A stretch of DNA of 64,000 bases from Nitrospinales bacterium (GCA_965223345.1 CBDCWG010000012.1:896001-960000), one strand, 5' to 3'; counted from the first letter of the stretch, positions 8,497 through 18,608 are shown. Made by a program: numbers and translations. The notes: generated from the sequence alone by a model not told the origin.

Positions 8497-9681
8497 ATGG
8501 CCGTCAGCCTCGCCCTCATTCTGCTTCTGGGTCTGTTGTCCGACTATCTGTTCCGCAAGATCCACCTTCCCGGACTGCTGGGCATGCTGCTTGTGGGGGT
8601 TTTATGCGGACCCTACGTTTTTGATCTCATCCAGCCGGAGTTGTTGACCGTCTCCGCCGATCTGAGAATGGTGGCGCTCATCGTCATCCTGCTGCGGGCG
8701 GGGCTGGAACTGAAGAAGGACACGCTGAACCGGGTCGGCACGACGGCGTTGATCATGGCCTGCTTTCCCGCCCTGCTCGAAGGGATCGCCGTGACGCTGC
8801 TGGCGCCGGTGTTCTTCAATATTTCCTATCTGGAAGCCGCGCTGTTGGGATCGATCCTGGCGGCGGTGTCGCCGGCGGTGGTGGTGCCGTTAATGCTCGA
8901 CTACATTGGCCGGAAGCGGGGCACGCGCAAAGGCATTCCCACCCTGATCCTGGGCGCGTCCTCGGTGGACGATGTGTTCGTCATCGTGGTGTTCACCATT
9001 CTTCTGGGCATGCACGGCGGCGAAGCCGCACCGGTGCTGGGCAAGCTGATCGAGATTCCCGAAGCGATCGTCGTGGGGATTCTGGTGGGAGCGGCGGCGG
9101 GCTATCTGCTTTACGGCCTGTTCGAACGCTTCCATCCGCGGGCGACGAAAATGACCTTGCTGGTGGTGTCGGTGTCCATCGTGCTCACCTGGCTGGAAGA
9201 GACGCTGAAACCCTGGGTGGTGCTGTCGGCGCTGCTCAGCGTGATGACGGTGGGGTTTGTGCTGCTGGAAAAAACCGAGGTCCGCGCCCACAAAATCTCC
9301 CAGAAGCTCGCCAAGGTCTGGATCTTCGCCGAGATCCTGCTTTTCGTTCTGGTGGGAGCGCAGGTGAACATCCACGTCGCCTGGAATGCGGGACTCCTGG
9401 GGGCGGGGTTGATCGCTCTGGCGCTCGCTGCCCGCAGCTTCGGCACCTACGTTTCGCTTGCGGGCAGCGATCTCAATCTGCGTGAGAAGCTGTTCTGCGT
9501 GATAGCCTACATCCCCAAAGCGACGGTGCAGGCGGCGATCGGCGCGGTTCCCCTGGAGATGGGCGTGCCGGGGGGAGAGATCATCCTTGCGGTCGCCGTG
9601 CTGTCCATCCTGCTCACGGCTCCTCTGGGTGCGATCGGCATTGCGCTCACCGGAGACAGATGGTTGAGCCGGGACGCGTGA
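8497..9681 (+). CDS. cation:proton antiporter (CPA, NHA/SLC9B-like Na+/H+ exchanger)
   Basis: LRMVALIVILLRAGL, AAVSPAVVVP, ASSVDDV, PKATVQAAIG motifs; many TM helices; ATG at 8497. Confidence 0.9.
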   Translation: MAVSLALILLLGLLSDYLFRKIHLPGLLGMLLVGVLCGPYVFDLIQPELLTVSADLRMVALIVILLRAGLELKKDTLNRVGTTALIMACFPALLEGIAVTLLAPVFFNISYLEAALLGSILAAVSPAVVVPLMLDYIGRKRGTRKGIPTLILGASSVDDVFVIVVFTILLGMHGGEAAPVLGKLIEIPEAIVVGILVGAAAGYLLYGLFERFHPRATKMTLLVVSVSIVLTWLEETLKPWVVLSALLSVMTVGFVLLEKTEVRAHKISQKLAKVWIFAEILLFVLVGAQVNIHVAWNAGLLGAGLIALALAARSFGTYVSLAGSDLNLREKLFCVIAYIPKATVQAAIGAVPLEMGVPGGEIILAVAVLSILLTAPLGAIGIALTGDRWLSRDA

Positions 9682-9756
9682 GCCCGGTTGCGCGCCGGGT
9701 GGTTATCTGAAATAATCCACTGGCCGCACCCGCCTTTTTTGATCCCCGCTTGCGAA

Positions 9757-10065
9757 TCATTTCCTCTGTTTTTGAACGGTTCGCGCCAGATCGAGGGTTT
9801 GCTGTAAAAACTCGGTCTGGATGGCGACCAGTTTTTCCCGGTCCTGATCGGTGCCGAAGCGGTGGATGTAGCCCACCAGTTCGTTGGCGGCCACTTTGCC
9901 GTTTTTCCGCAGAAACTGATCCGGTGTCTGCGGCGCTTTGTCGTCCAGATACCAATCGTCCGAAATGTAATCGGGCGTGTTGCTCATCTTTCCACCTCCT
10001 TCCCCGCAACCCATCCCTGTCAGGGTCATCAGGCTCATGATTAGAATCCATTGTTGCAGTTTCAT
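9757..10065 (-). CDS. putative lipoprotein
   Basis: MKLQQWILIMSLMTLTGMG-C signal peptide with lipobox-like Cys. Confidence 0.65.
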   Translation of the reverse strand: MKLQQWILIMSLMTLTGMGCGEGGGKMSNTPDYISDDWYLDDKAPQTPDQFLRKNGKVAANELVGYIHRFGTDQDREKLVAIQTEFLQQTLDLARTVQKQRK

Positions 10066-10426
10066 CGGTCCGGTCTCGCTGGTCGTCGTTTGGGGGTCAA
10101 AATGTGTGCTTCATTATAGATGAATTCCACATTTTCCGTATCGGTATCCACGCGGTCTTCGAGTTTGCCGTCAAGCCCTTCCCCGGCTCTCTCATTTTCT
10201 CGGGTGTATCCCCTGCATTTTTTTGTGATGTGCGGCACGTAGGGACTCTATTTTTTTAATGTGAAGGTGAATTTCCCCGATCCTGTGGTAGGATATTCGC
10301 TATCCGAAACGTTCCCGACGTTTTTTTGCCTGTCGGCAATCGTGGCTGAATGTTGTACTTGGACATAGCGCTGCAACCTCAAATGACGTTCCCTCATAAT
10401 TTGAATCGATTCCTGGAGCTTGACGC

Positions 10427-12262
10427 ATGGTGAACCGAACCGGTGCGGATTCGCTGAAACGCTACCGCCGCACGGCTTTTTTTGCTGTTTTGTTTTTATT
10501 GGTATGGACCGGTTTTTCCCAGGCCCAGGAGACGAACCCCGATCCCGCTCCCGATAAAATGGAGGTGGAGCTTTCCTCTGTCGAAAAGCTGCAGAAACAG
10601 TTGATCCAGATCACGCAGAGAAAAATTTACCTCGGGAAGGAATTGCAGAAGCTCAAAAGATCTCCAACCACTTCGATGATTGAGGAAAGAACCAGGGAAA
10701 TCGAAAAAGAATTGACGTCGTTGAACAGCAAGTTTGAGTCCCTGGCCACAAAGATTCAGGAATCGGATATTCAATCTCACGACCAGCCCGAACTCACGTG
10801 GATGCAGGAGCTGCAGGAGATCACCAAGCCGCTACTGATGGCGCTGCGCGAAATCACGGAACGGCCGCGTAAAATCGAGAGCCTCAAGACCTGGATTCAA
10901 TCCTTGAAAGATCAGATCGCCACCTATGAAGTTGCCCGTAATAACGTGGAAGAATTGATGGAACTGGAAATCCAGCTGAACCAGGAACCGGGCGGAAGCG
11001 AACTGGCCTCTGTCAATCCGGCAGACATCAAGAAAAGTTTTCAGGAAAAACTGAGCGCATTAAAAGAAAAATACAATCCCGAGTATCTGCAGCTGGATCT
11101 GGAAGAAAGTAAAAAACAGCTGAACGCGCTGCAGGACGCAGACATCTCGGTTATCAAGATGACGTCGGAGTTCATTCGCGATTTTTTCCAGGTGCGGGGA
11201 CGCAACCTGCTGATCGCGATCGCGACGTTTCTGCTTTTCTGGGGTGTCCTGTCGTCCATTTTTTGGCTCGTCTCCCATAAGACGACGCTGTTTTCAAGAC
11301 TCGACATCCATTACCGCAAGGTGATCAAGGCCGCCTATCGTTTTCTGATCCTGGGGGTGGGCACCATGGCCAGCATTGTGTCGCTTTACCTGCTCGACGA
11401 CTGGCTCATCCTCAGCATCCTGATTCTGGTTTTTGTCGGTATGGCGCTGGCGTTCCGCGAATTCATTCCCAGCCTGGTTCAGGAACTGCGGTTGATCCTC
11501 AACCTGGGCACTGTGCGGGAGGGCGAACGGATGATTTGGGAGGGCATTCCCTGGCTGGTGCAGGAGATCGGTGTTTATGCGGTGTTGCGCAACGCGCGGC
11601 TGCAGGGCGGACTGTTGAAGCTCCGGGTGGGGGAGTTGATCGGCCACCATTCCCGCCCCCTGGTACATGAGGAGGAGTGGTTCCCCACAAAAGTGGACGA
11701 CTGGGTGTTTTTGTCCGACGAGACCTACGGACGTGTGATGAAGCAGACTTTCGAGCAGGTGGTGTTGGAATGCCTGGCTTCGAGACGGTATTTCCCGACC
11801 GCGGAATTTTTGCAGATGAGTCCGCGCAACCTCTCGACCGGATTCCGCATTCTCATCCGTTTCGGTCTGGATTACGGGGTGCAGTCGAAAATCTGCGACG
11901 ATCTGCCGCAGCTGTTCGAGGAGCGCCTGTCACAGGAATTTGCGGATCGGGTTGCGGGCGAAGAACCCGACATCCAGAGCATCCATGTGCAGTTTGAAAG
12001 CGCGGAAGCGAGCTCATTGAACCTTTTGGTTTCGGTCAAAGTGGACGGACGCTGCGCGGACGAATATTTTTCTCTGAAAAGAAAGATCAACCGGCTGCTC
12101 GTTCAAGTGTGCAATGAGAACAGTCTGACGATCCCGTTCAACCAGCTCACAGTGAGTCCCTCCAAAGAACTGCAATCGCTGGTGCAGAACGGTTCGAAAT
12201 CCGATTTCCGCTTCACCGTGGACAACCCGCCGAACCCGCAACCGCGCGCCGAGATGCAGTAA
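10427..12262 (+). CDS. MscS-like mechanosensitive channel protein with long periplasmic coiled-coil N-terminus
   Basis: Signal peptide (SQA), heptad-rich region, 3-4 TM helices, then VGDWV-like (KVDDWVFL) and FGLDY...SSLN...IPFNQ MscS C-terminal motifs. Confidence 0.7.
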   Translation: MVNRTGADSLKRYRRTAFFAVLFLLVWTGFSQAQETNPDPAPDKMEVELSSVEKLQKQLIQITQRKIYLGKELQKLKRSPTTSMIEERTREIEKELTSLNSKFESLATKIQESDIQSHDQPELTWMQELQEITKPLLMALREITERPRKIESLKTWIQSLKDQIATYEVARNNVEELMELEIQLNQEPGGSELASVNPADIKKSFQEKLSALKEKYNPEYLQLDLEESKKQLNALQDADISVIKMTSEFIRDFFQVRGRNLLIAIATFLLFWGVLSSIFWLVSHKTTLFSRLDIHYRKVIKAAYRFLILGVGTMASIVSLYLLDDWLILSILILVFVGMALAFREFIPSLVQELRLILNLGTVREGERMIWEGIPWLVQEIGVYAVLRNARLQGGLLKLRVGELIGHHSRPLVHEEEWFPTKVDDWVFLSDETYGRVMKQTFEQVVLECLASRRYFPTAEFLQMSPRNLSTGFRILIRFGLDYGVQSKICDDLPQLFEERLSQEFADRVAGEEPDIQSIHVQFESAEASSLNLLVSVKVDGRCADEYFSLKRKINRLLVQVCNENSLTIPFNQLTVSPSKELQSLVQNGSKSDFRFTVDNPPNPQPRAEMQ

Positions 12263-12331
12263 GCGGGTTTCTTTCCATATTTAAGTGAAAAGATGTCCCG
12301 GTTTTGCAGGTATCTCGATAACACCTTGCAC

Positions 12332-12360
12332 TTGAAAACGCGGATCATCAAAGCTAGTAT
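12332..12360 (+). promoter_or_regulatory. sigma70-type promoter
   Basis: TTGAAA-17 bp-TAGTAT upstream of the response regulator. Confidence 0.55.
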
Positions 12361-12475
12361 AGAAACAACAGGCGTGCGTCTTATCGACGTTCAGGACGCT
12401 CCGGGGTTCTAGGTTGGTAGGAACGATGGAGCGTCTTTCTTCAACTGTATCCTGCCTTCAATCCGGATCCCCTGC

Positions 12476-12856
12476 GTGCTCAAAATCCTTTTGGTCGAAG
12501 ACAACGAACTGAACCGCGACATGCTGAAGCGGCGGCTGGAACGCAACGGCTTCACGGTGCTGACGGCGGAAGACGGCGGCCAGGGTTTGACGATGGCGCA
12601 GTCGGAGTCGCCGGACCTGATTCTGATGGACATGAGCCTGCCGGGAATGAACGGTTGGGAAGCCACGCACCGCTTGAAATCCATGAAGGAGACGCAGTCC
12701 ATCCCGGTGCTCGGGCTTTCCGCGCACGCCATGAAAGCGGACCGGGAACGGGCGCTGAACGCCGGCTGCGACGACTACGACACCAAGCCTGTGGACATCA
12801 AGCGGCTGCTTGGCAAGATCCAGACCCTCACGGGAAACCCCGACCATGCCCCCTGA
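12476..12856 (+). CDS. single-domain response regulator (DivK-like receiver)
   Basis: KILLVEDN, LILMDMSLP, LSAHAM, KPVD: all canonical receiver residues present; GTG start. Confidence 0.9.
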   Translation: MLKILLVEDNELNRDMLKRRLERNGFTVLTAEDGGQGLTMAQSESPDLILMDMSLPGMNGWEATHRLKSMKETQSIPVLGLSAHAMKADRERALNAGCDDYDTKPVDIKRLLGKIQTLTGNPDHAP

Positions 12857-13208
12857 CACGCAACCGGTGCTCGACAAGGACAAGGCCCTGGCGATCTGCA
12901 GCGGCGACGAGTCGCTGTTCGAAGAGCTGGCGGCGATCTTTCTGGTGGATGCGGCGGAACGCATGCGCGCGCTCACCGAGGCGGTGGCCGCAGACGACCC
13001 CAAGGGAGTCGAGCGCTACGCGCACGCGATCAAGGGGTTGTCGGCCAATATCTGCGCCGAACCCGTCAAGCAGGTGGCTTCCGAGATGGAAATCGCCGGC
13101 AAAGGCGGGCACAAGGAGCGCTGGGACGCCCTCCATCCGCAACTGGAGATGGAAATGCAGCGCCTGCAGGCGCATCTGAAGCAAATCCTGCCTCCGCAAA
13201 CCGCCTGA
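12846..13208 (+). CDS. stand-alone Hpt (histidine phosphotransfer) protein
   Basis: AHAIKGLSANICA matches HxxKG; ATG 12846 overlaps the end of the receiver gene. Confidence 0.85.
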   Translation: MPPDTQPVLDKDKALAICSGDESLFEELAAIFLVDAAERMRALTEAVAADDPKGVERYAHAIKGLSANICAEPVKQVASEMEIAGKGGHKERWDALHPQLEMEMQRLQAHLKQILPPQTA

Positions 13209-13359
13209 CTGGCCCCTTTCTCTCCTTCCTGTCGTCACACCCTGTTTTTCAAGGGTTTTCGAGCGCCCATCTCACCCTCGACCATTAAAAACCGCTTTAT
13301 TTTCAATGATTTAAGTGGTACACTTGGTGTGAATCTATAAAAATCACGCAAGCCGTGCC

Positions 13360-13869
13360 ATGGTCGATCCACTCTCGTTTTTCAATCTCAGACCGCATAG
13401 CAACGCCGGGACCAAACCGGGCGCTCCGGAGAAAGTCCAGGCTGCGGAACCCGCTGAAACGCCTGCCGTTTCCGACTCGGTGCAGCTCAACAGCCTGTCT
13501 CTGCGGGCGACGCTGAACCAGCAGGCCGGCATTTTGAAACAGGAGCTACCGGGAATCATCGCCGATGCGGTCAAGGCGCCTGCAGAGCGCGACGCGGTGC
13601 GCAACGCTCCGGTGCAGGCAACCCGGATCCGATTGGAAAAACCGCTGCAAGCCATCCTCGACCAGAAAAATCCCCTGCCTCCGACCCTGGTCGAAGGGCT
13701 CAAGAGCGAGATCCAGACCCTGCAGAAGGAGCTTCCCGAACTCCGGGACCATGAGCTCCTGTCCTCGCTGGAATCCGAACCCCAAAGTGAAGAGGCGTTG
13801 AACGGCATCCTGTTCGATGTTTCCGATCAAATGGATCGTCTGATGGACCTTTTGAGCCGGTTGAAGTGA
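13360..13869 (+). CDS. hypothetical protein
   Basis: 169-aa ORF with coding-like codon use, low-complexity N-terminus and helical C-terminus. Confidence 0.65.
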   Translation: MVDPLSFFNLRPHSNAGTKPGAPEKVQAAEPAETPAVSDSVQLNSLSLRATLNQQAGILKQELPGIIADAVKAPAERDAVRNAPVQATRIRLEKPLQAILDQKNPLPPTLVEGLKSEIQTLQKELPELRDHELLSSLESEPQSEEALNGILFDVSDQMDRLMDLLSRLK

Positions 13870-13897
13870 GGACGGCCCGGTCCCTTCCCGCAAATGC

Positions 13898-13927
13898 TTG
13901 ACATTCTCCAGCGCAATACAGTATATA
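13898..13927 (+). promoter_or_regulatory. sigma70-type promoter for rpsT
   Basis: TTGACA at 13898-13903 and AT-rich TATATA(AAT) 18 bp downstream. Confidence 0.55.
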
Positions 13928-14049
13928 AATTCATTGGTCTAGCGAAATCACACGGCTGCGCTCCCTCGGGAGCCGCGGCCTTAGAGAGCCTGTCGCGATG
14001 AAGCGCAGGGAAACGAACGGACGGATGGACTTGATGAAAGGGGAAATCG

Positions 14050-14319
14050 GTGGCAAACCACAAATCGGCTGAAAAACGCAATCGCCAGAACGCAAAACGC
14101 AACGCAAGAAACAAGGTGTACCGGACGATGGTCAAGAACGCGAGCAAGAACGTGCTCGAGGAAGTGTCCAACAACAACAAAGAAGAAGCGGCGAAGGAAT
14201 TGAAACAGGCCGAGAAGGTGATTTCCCGCGTGGCCAGCAAGGGGGTTCTGCACCGCCGCGCCGCATCGAGAAAAATTTCCAGCCTTTCCAGAAAAGTCAA
14301 TCAACTCTCTGCAACCTGA
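14050..14319 (+). CDS. rpsT: 30S ribosomal protein S20
   Basis: MANHKSAEKRNRQ...KGVLHRRAASRKISSL. Confidence 0.97.
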   Translation: MANHKSAEKRNRQNAKRNARNKVYRTMVKNASKNVLEEVSNNNKEEAAKELKQAEKVISRVASKGVLHRRAASRKISSLSRKVNQLSAT

Positions 14320-14402
14320 ACCATCGTTTCCGCACCGGGCCGGCTTTGACAAGCCGCGCCTGAACGGGACGGGAACGATGCCCCTTTCCTTAACTTAAGC
14401 AC

Positions 14403-15407
14403 TCACTGTTTTCCGGCACAGAGCTTGAGAATCAATGTCTCCAGGATCCCCTGGGGATCTCCGCCTGAGGTTTTCAGCTTGCGGTCCGCTTCCGCAAGAC
14501 AGCGGAAGCTTTCCTGCAGATCCTGCCGGGTGAAATTTCCCGTGTAACGGATCACCTTTTCGACCAGAAAAGGTTTGGCTCCCATTTCTTTGGCGATGCC
14601 CGCGACCGGAACCTTTCTCCCCTGCAACGCTTTCACTTCCCACAGCACCCGGAACTGCCAGGCGATGGTTCCCATCACCTTGATTGGGTCTTCCCCGTGA
14701 TCGAGCTGGTTGTGCAAAAGGCGGATGGCCCTTTCGCCGTTTTTGTCCTTCAACGCTTCGGTGAGGGCGAACGGATTTTCCTGTCTGCGCTCCCCCACCA
14801 CCTGCGACGCCTCTTCTTCCGTCACGGTGCGGTTTTTCCCGGCGAAGGTCAGAACCTTTTCCAGTTCCGATGCGAGGACGCCCGGTTTCGGCCCCGTGCG
14901 GTCGATCAGGATCTTTGCCGCCTCGCCGGACAGCCGGTATCCCTGCGCTTCGGCACGCTTTTTCAACCAGGGCAGCAGGGTCGATTCCTTGGGGACGCCG
15001 CACTCGACGGCGAACGCCTCCTTGCACAGCGCTTTGAATAACTTTTTTTTGCGGTCCACTTTCGCGGCCGTCAGGACCAGGCAGCTCTCAGGGGCGGGGT
15101 CCTGCGTGTACGCGAGCAGCGCGTCCACCTCTTTGGGAGCGACCGTGATCTCGTGCAGGCCGCGCACCAGCACCAGTTTGGTGCCTCCCAGGAAGGAGAA
15201 GGTTTTCGCGGCGGCGATCCAGTCCTGCACGCCGGTGGTCTTGGCGTCCAGGGATTCGTAGTTGAACTCCTGATTGTCGGGGGTGATGAGTTTGCCGGTG
15301 AGCGCGCGGATGATTTCCGTGTGGTAAAACGTTTCCTCTCCAAACAGGAAGTAACAGGGACGCAGCGTGTCCTGTTCGATGTTCTGTAATACGGCTTGCG
15401 GGGTCAA
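14403..15407 (-). CDS. holA: DNA polymerase III subunit delta
   Basis: PCYFLFGEE, FNYESLD, ELEKVLTF, AEADRKLKTSG; third gene of leuS-lptE-holA; TTG start at 15407 inferred. Confidence 0.9.
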   Translation of the reverse strand: MTPQAVLQNIEQDTLRPCYFLFGEETFYHTEIIRALTGKLITPDNQEFNYESLDAKTTGVQDWIAAAKTFSFLGGTKLVLVRGLHEITVAPKEVDALLAYTQDPAPESCLVLTAAKVDRKKKLFKALCKEAFAVECGVPKESTLLPWLKKRAEAQGYRLSGEAAKILIDRTGPKPGVLASELEKVLTFAGKNRTVTEEEASQVVGERRQENPFALTEALKDKNGERAIRLLHNQLDHGEDPIKVMGTIAWQFRVLWEVKALQGRKVPVAGIAKEMGAKPFLVEKVIRYTGNFTRQDLQESFRCLAEADRKLKTSGGDPQGILETLILKLCAGKQ

Positions 15408-15421
15408 GGAAAACGGGAGCG

Positions 15422-15946
15422 CTAGAATTGATCGATCACAATGCTCACCAGGCGGTTGGCGAGGTCTTTGTAGGCGTCGTCGAGAGCGGTCTGGCGGGCG
15501 GCCTCGGAGTTGATGACATCCGCGTTGGAGCGGAAATCCCATTTGGTGGTGAATCGCTGTTTTAAAAATGATTTCTTTTTCACCTGATCCTTCACCTTGA
15601 TGTCCACGCCCAGCTCGACGTAGTATTCCGACGCCACGTCGCTGGTGTTGAAGGACACCGCACGCAGATTGTAATGGTTGAGAATGCCGCGCATCACGAG
15701 ATCGGCCTTCGAGGCGTCCACCACCTTCAGGCGGCCGTCGGTGATGAAGGATTCGCGGATCACGTTGGTCAGGTCCCTGTGGATCTCCGGTTCGGTGGAG
15801 GTGTTCTTGAACACCGGAATGGCCACGGTCTTCAAATGCGGCGGCAGGGTGTTTTGCGTTCCCGCAAGGTGGTAGCCGCATCCCGCAAGGAAAAACAACA
15901 CGGCCATACCCCAGCCGAGAGCGGCCGCACGATTCCGGAAATTCAT
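15422..15946 (-). CDS. lptE: LPS assembly lipoprotein LptE
   Basis: LAGCGYHL lipobox, VAIPVFKNTS; lies between leuS and holA. Confidence 0.9.
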   Translation of the reverse strand: MNFRNRAAALGWGMAVLFFLAGCGYHLAGTQNTLPPHLKTVAIPVFKNTSTEPEIHRDLTNVIRESFITDGRLKVVDASKADLVMRGILNHYNLRAVSFNTSDVASEYYVELGVDIKVKDQVKKKSFLKQRFTTKWDFRSNADVINSEAARQTALDDAYKDLANRLVSIVIDQF

Positions 15947-18444
15947 TTCGCCACGATGTTGATGAGTTTTTTGGGCACCACGATCACCTTTTTGATCTCT
16001 TTGCCCCGCGTCATCTCCTGAATTTTGGCATCCTCAAGCGCGCGGGATTTGAGGCTCTCCTCGGCGATGTCAGCGCTGACAGTGATCTTTTGTCGTACCT
16101 TACCATTGACCTGCACCACAATCAACATCTCCTCCGCCTGGATGTACGCCTCATCATAGCTGGGCCAGGGCACTTCGCCGACGCTCCCCTTGTTTCCCAG
16201 CAGCGACCACATTTCCTCGGCGATGTGCGGCGCGAACGGGTTCAATACACACACCAGGGTTTCGAAGGTTTGCTTGACGATAGCGAGGGCGGCGTCTCCC
16301 GATTGTTTCTGCGCCGCCCAGCTTTCCCTAAACGCATACAGATGGTTGACCAACTCCATCGAGGCGGCGATGGCGGTGTTGAACTGCATGCGGTTCTGGA
16401 TGTCGTCGGTCACGCGCTTGAGTGTGACGTGGGTCATGCGCCGCAGTTCTTTGAGTTCTTTGCTCAGATCCGCATCCGCTGCGGGCGGCGCGGCGGGCTT
16501 TTGCAGGTCTTCACGGAATTCGGCGAAAATCCGCCACACCCGTTTGAGAAAGCGCGAGCAGCCCTCCACGCCCTGGTCGCTCCATTCGAGGTCCTTGACC
16601 GGCGGCGCCGCAAACAGGATGAACAGCCGGGCCGTGTCGGCGCCGTATTTTGCGATGATCGCGTCCGGGTCCACGACGTTGCCCTTGGACTTGGACATCT
16701 TCGCACCGTCTTTGATCACCATGCCCTGGGTGAGGAGGCGCGAAAAGGGTTCCGGTGAACGCACGAGCCCCAGGTCCCGGAACACGAGGTGAAAAAAACG
16801 CGAGTACAACAGATGCAGGATGGCGTGCTCGATGCCGCCCACGTACTGGTCCACCGGCATCCAGTAATCGACGTCTTCTTTCGCGAACACTTCCGCATCG
16901 TTGCGCGGGGAAGCGTAGCGGTCGAAATACCAGGACGAGCAGATGAACGTGTCCAGCGTGTCGGTTTCCCGTTTGGCGGGCTCGCCGCATTGCGGGCAGG
17001 GGACGTCGGTGAAATCCGCAAGCCGGGAAAGCGGGGACTGCCCCCGCTCTCCCAGTTGAGCGTTCAAGGGCAGCTCGACCGGAAGCTGGTCTTCGGGCAC
17101 CGGCACGATGCCGCAGCGCCCGCAGTGGATGATGGGAATGGGGGTCCCCCAGTAACGCTGGCGGGACACGCCCCAGTCGCGCAGTTTGTAATTGATCGTG
17201 GCCTTGCCCAGCTTCTCGGACTCCAGGTACGCGCAGACTTTGTCGATGCCTTCCTGCCCCACCGATCCGTCGAAGGAACCGGAATGCACCATCGTCCCCT
17301 CGCGCGTGTAGGCTTCGGTCATCGTGTTCGCGTCGAGGGTTTCGCTGGGCGGCTGGATCACCACTTTCACGGGCAGGCCGTACTTGCGCGCGAAATCGAG
17401 GTCGCGCTGGTCGTGGGCGGGAACCGACATGATGGCGCCGGTGCCGTATTCCATGAGCACGAAATTGGCCGACCAGACCGGGATTTTTTCTTTCGTGAGT
17501 GGATTGATCGCGTGCGCGCCGGTGAAGATGCCCTGCTTTTCTCCGGTTTCGCTGGTGCGGGAAAACTTGTCTTCGCGTGCGGCCTGCTCGATGAACGCAT
17601 CGACGGCGCTTTCCTGGTCCGTGCCGCGCGAAAGCGTTCTGGTGAGCGGGTGCTCGGGCGAGAGCACCATGAACGTCGCGCCGAACAGCGTGTCCGGCCG
17701 CGTGGTGAAGATCTTGATCACCGCATCGGAATCCACGACGGGGAAATCCACCTCGGCGCCGCGGCTTTTGCCGATCCAGTTCGTCTGCATCGCCAGCACC
17801 TGTTCCGGCCAGCCACCGGTCAAATGCTCCACCCCTTGTAAAAGGCGGTCGGCGTAATCGGTGATTTTGAAGAACCAGCCCTGCTGCTGTTTTTGCTGCA
17901 CCTGTCCGTCGCAGCGCCAGCAGCGATCGTCCACGACCTGTTCGTTGGCGAGCACGGTCTGGCAGGACTCGCACCAGTTCACCGTCGCCAGCTTGCGGTA
18001 CACCAGGCCCTTTTCCATGAACTTCAGGAAGCACCACTGGTTCCACTTGTAATATTCCGGACGGCAGGTGGCGATCTCCCGGTCCCAGTCGTAGCTGAAG
18101 CCCAGCTTCTTGATCTGCGCGCGCATGGAGCGGATGTTTTCAAAGGTCCATTCGGCGGGATGCGTGTTGTTCTGGATCGCGGCGTTTTCCGCCGGCATCC
18201 CGAAAGCGTCCCAGCCCAGAGGGTGCAACACGTTGAACCCCTGCATGCGTTTGAAACGGGCGACGGCGTCGCCGATGGCGTAATTGCGCACATGCCCCAT
18301 GTGGATGCGGCCCGAGGGGTAGGGGAACATCTCCAGCAGGTAATATTTTTTTTGGGACGGGTCCCGCTCGACCTTGAAAGATTTTTCCTCTTCCCACCGC
18401 TTCTGCCATTTCGCTTCGATATGCTTGAAATCGTAGTGCTGCAT
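15943..18444 (-). CDS. leuS: leucine--tRNA ligase
   Basis: MFPYPSGRIHMGH (HIGH), KMSKS, FTTRPDT, GTGAIMSVPAHDQRD; ATG at 18444. Confidence 0.98.
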   Translation of the reverse strand: MQHYDFKHIEAKWQKRWEEEKSFKVERDPSQKKYYLLEMFPYPSGRIHMGHVRNYAIGDAVARFKRMQGFNVLHPLGWDAFGMPAENAAIQNNTHPAEWTFENIRSMRAQIKKLGFSYDWDREIATCRPEYYKWNQWCFLKFMEKGLVYRKLATVNWCESCQTVLANEQVVDDRCWRCDGQVQQKQQQGWFFKITDYADRLLQGVEHLTGGWPEQVLAMQTNWIGKSRGAEVDFPVVDSDAVIKIFTTRPDTLFGATFMVLSPEHPLTRTLSRGTDQESAVDAFIEQAAREDKFSRTSETGEKQGIFTGAHAINPLTKEKIPVWSANFVLMEYGTGAIMSVPAHDQRDLDFARKYGLPVKVVIQPPSETLDANTMTEAYTREGTMVHSGSFDGSVGQEGIDKVCAYLESEKLGKATINYKLRDWGVSRQRYWGTPIPIIHCGRCGIVPVPEDQLPVELPLNAQLGERGQSPLSRLADFTDVPCPQCGEPAKRETDTLDTFICSSWYFDRYASPRNDAEVFAKEDVDYWMPVDQYVGGIEHAILHLLYSRFFHLVFRDLGLVRSPEPFSRLLTQGMVIKDGAKMSKSKGNVVDPDAIIAKYGADTARLFILFAAPPVKDLEWSDQGVEGCSRFLKRVWRIFAEFREDLQKPAAPPAADADLSKELKELRRMTHVTLKRVTDDIQNRMQFNTAIAASMELVNHLYAFRESWAAQKQSGDAALAIVKQTFETLVCVLNPFAPHIAEEMWSLLGNKGSVGEVPWPSYDEAYIQAEEMLIVVQVNGKVRQKITVSADIAEESLKSRALEDAKIQEMTRGKEIKKVIVVPKKLINIVAK

Positions 18445-18608
18445 CAAAAAAATCGCCTCCCGGAATTTGAAAGAGGCTATAGTAGCTAAATTCCGGGCAC
18501 AAATCCAGCCCGGCCCCCCGCAGGGGGAGAGCGGAACCGCCACAGCGGCGCGCCGCTGCCCGGCGTGTTCACGAAACCGCGCAGATCTCACATCACTTCA
18601 AACTCACC

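Noticed and set aside
13316..13330. TGGTAC-N7-GT as a sigma54 promoter for the 13360 gene
   Set aside because: The -12 dinucleotide is GT, not the required GC
14403..18591. N-terminally extended track ORFs for holA (to 15881) and leuS (to 18591), and likewise for rplF, rplO, rpsL and the antiporter
   Set aside because: The extensions overlap upstream genes or spacers and lack homology; downstream starts fit the conserved N-termini
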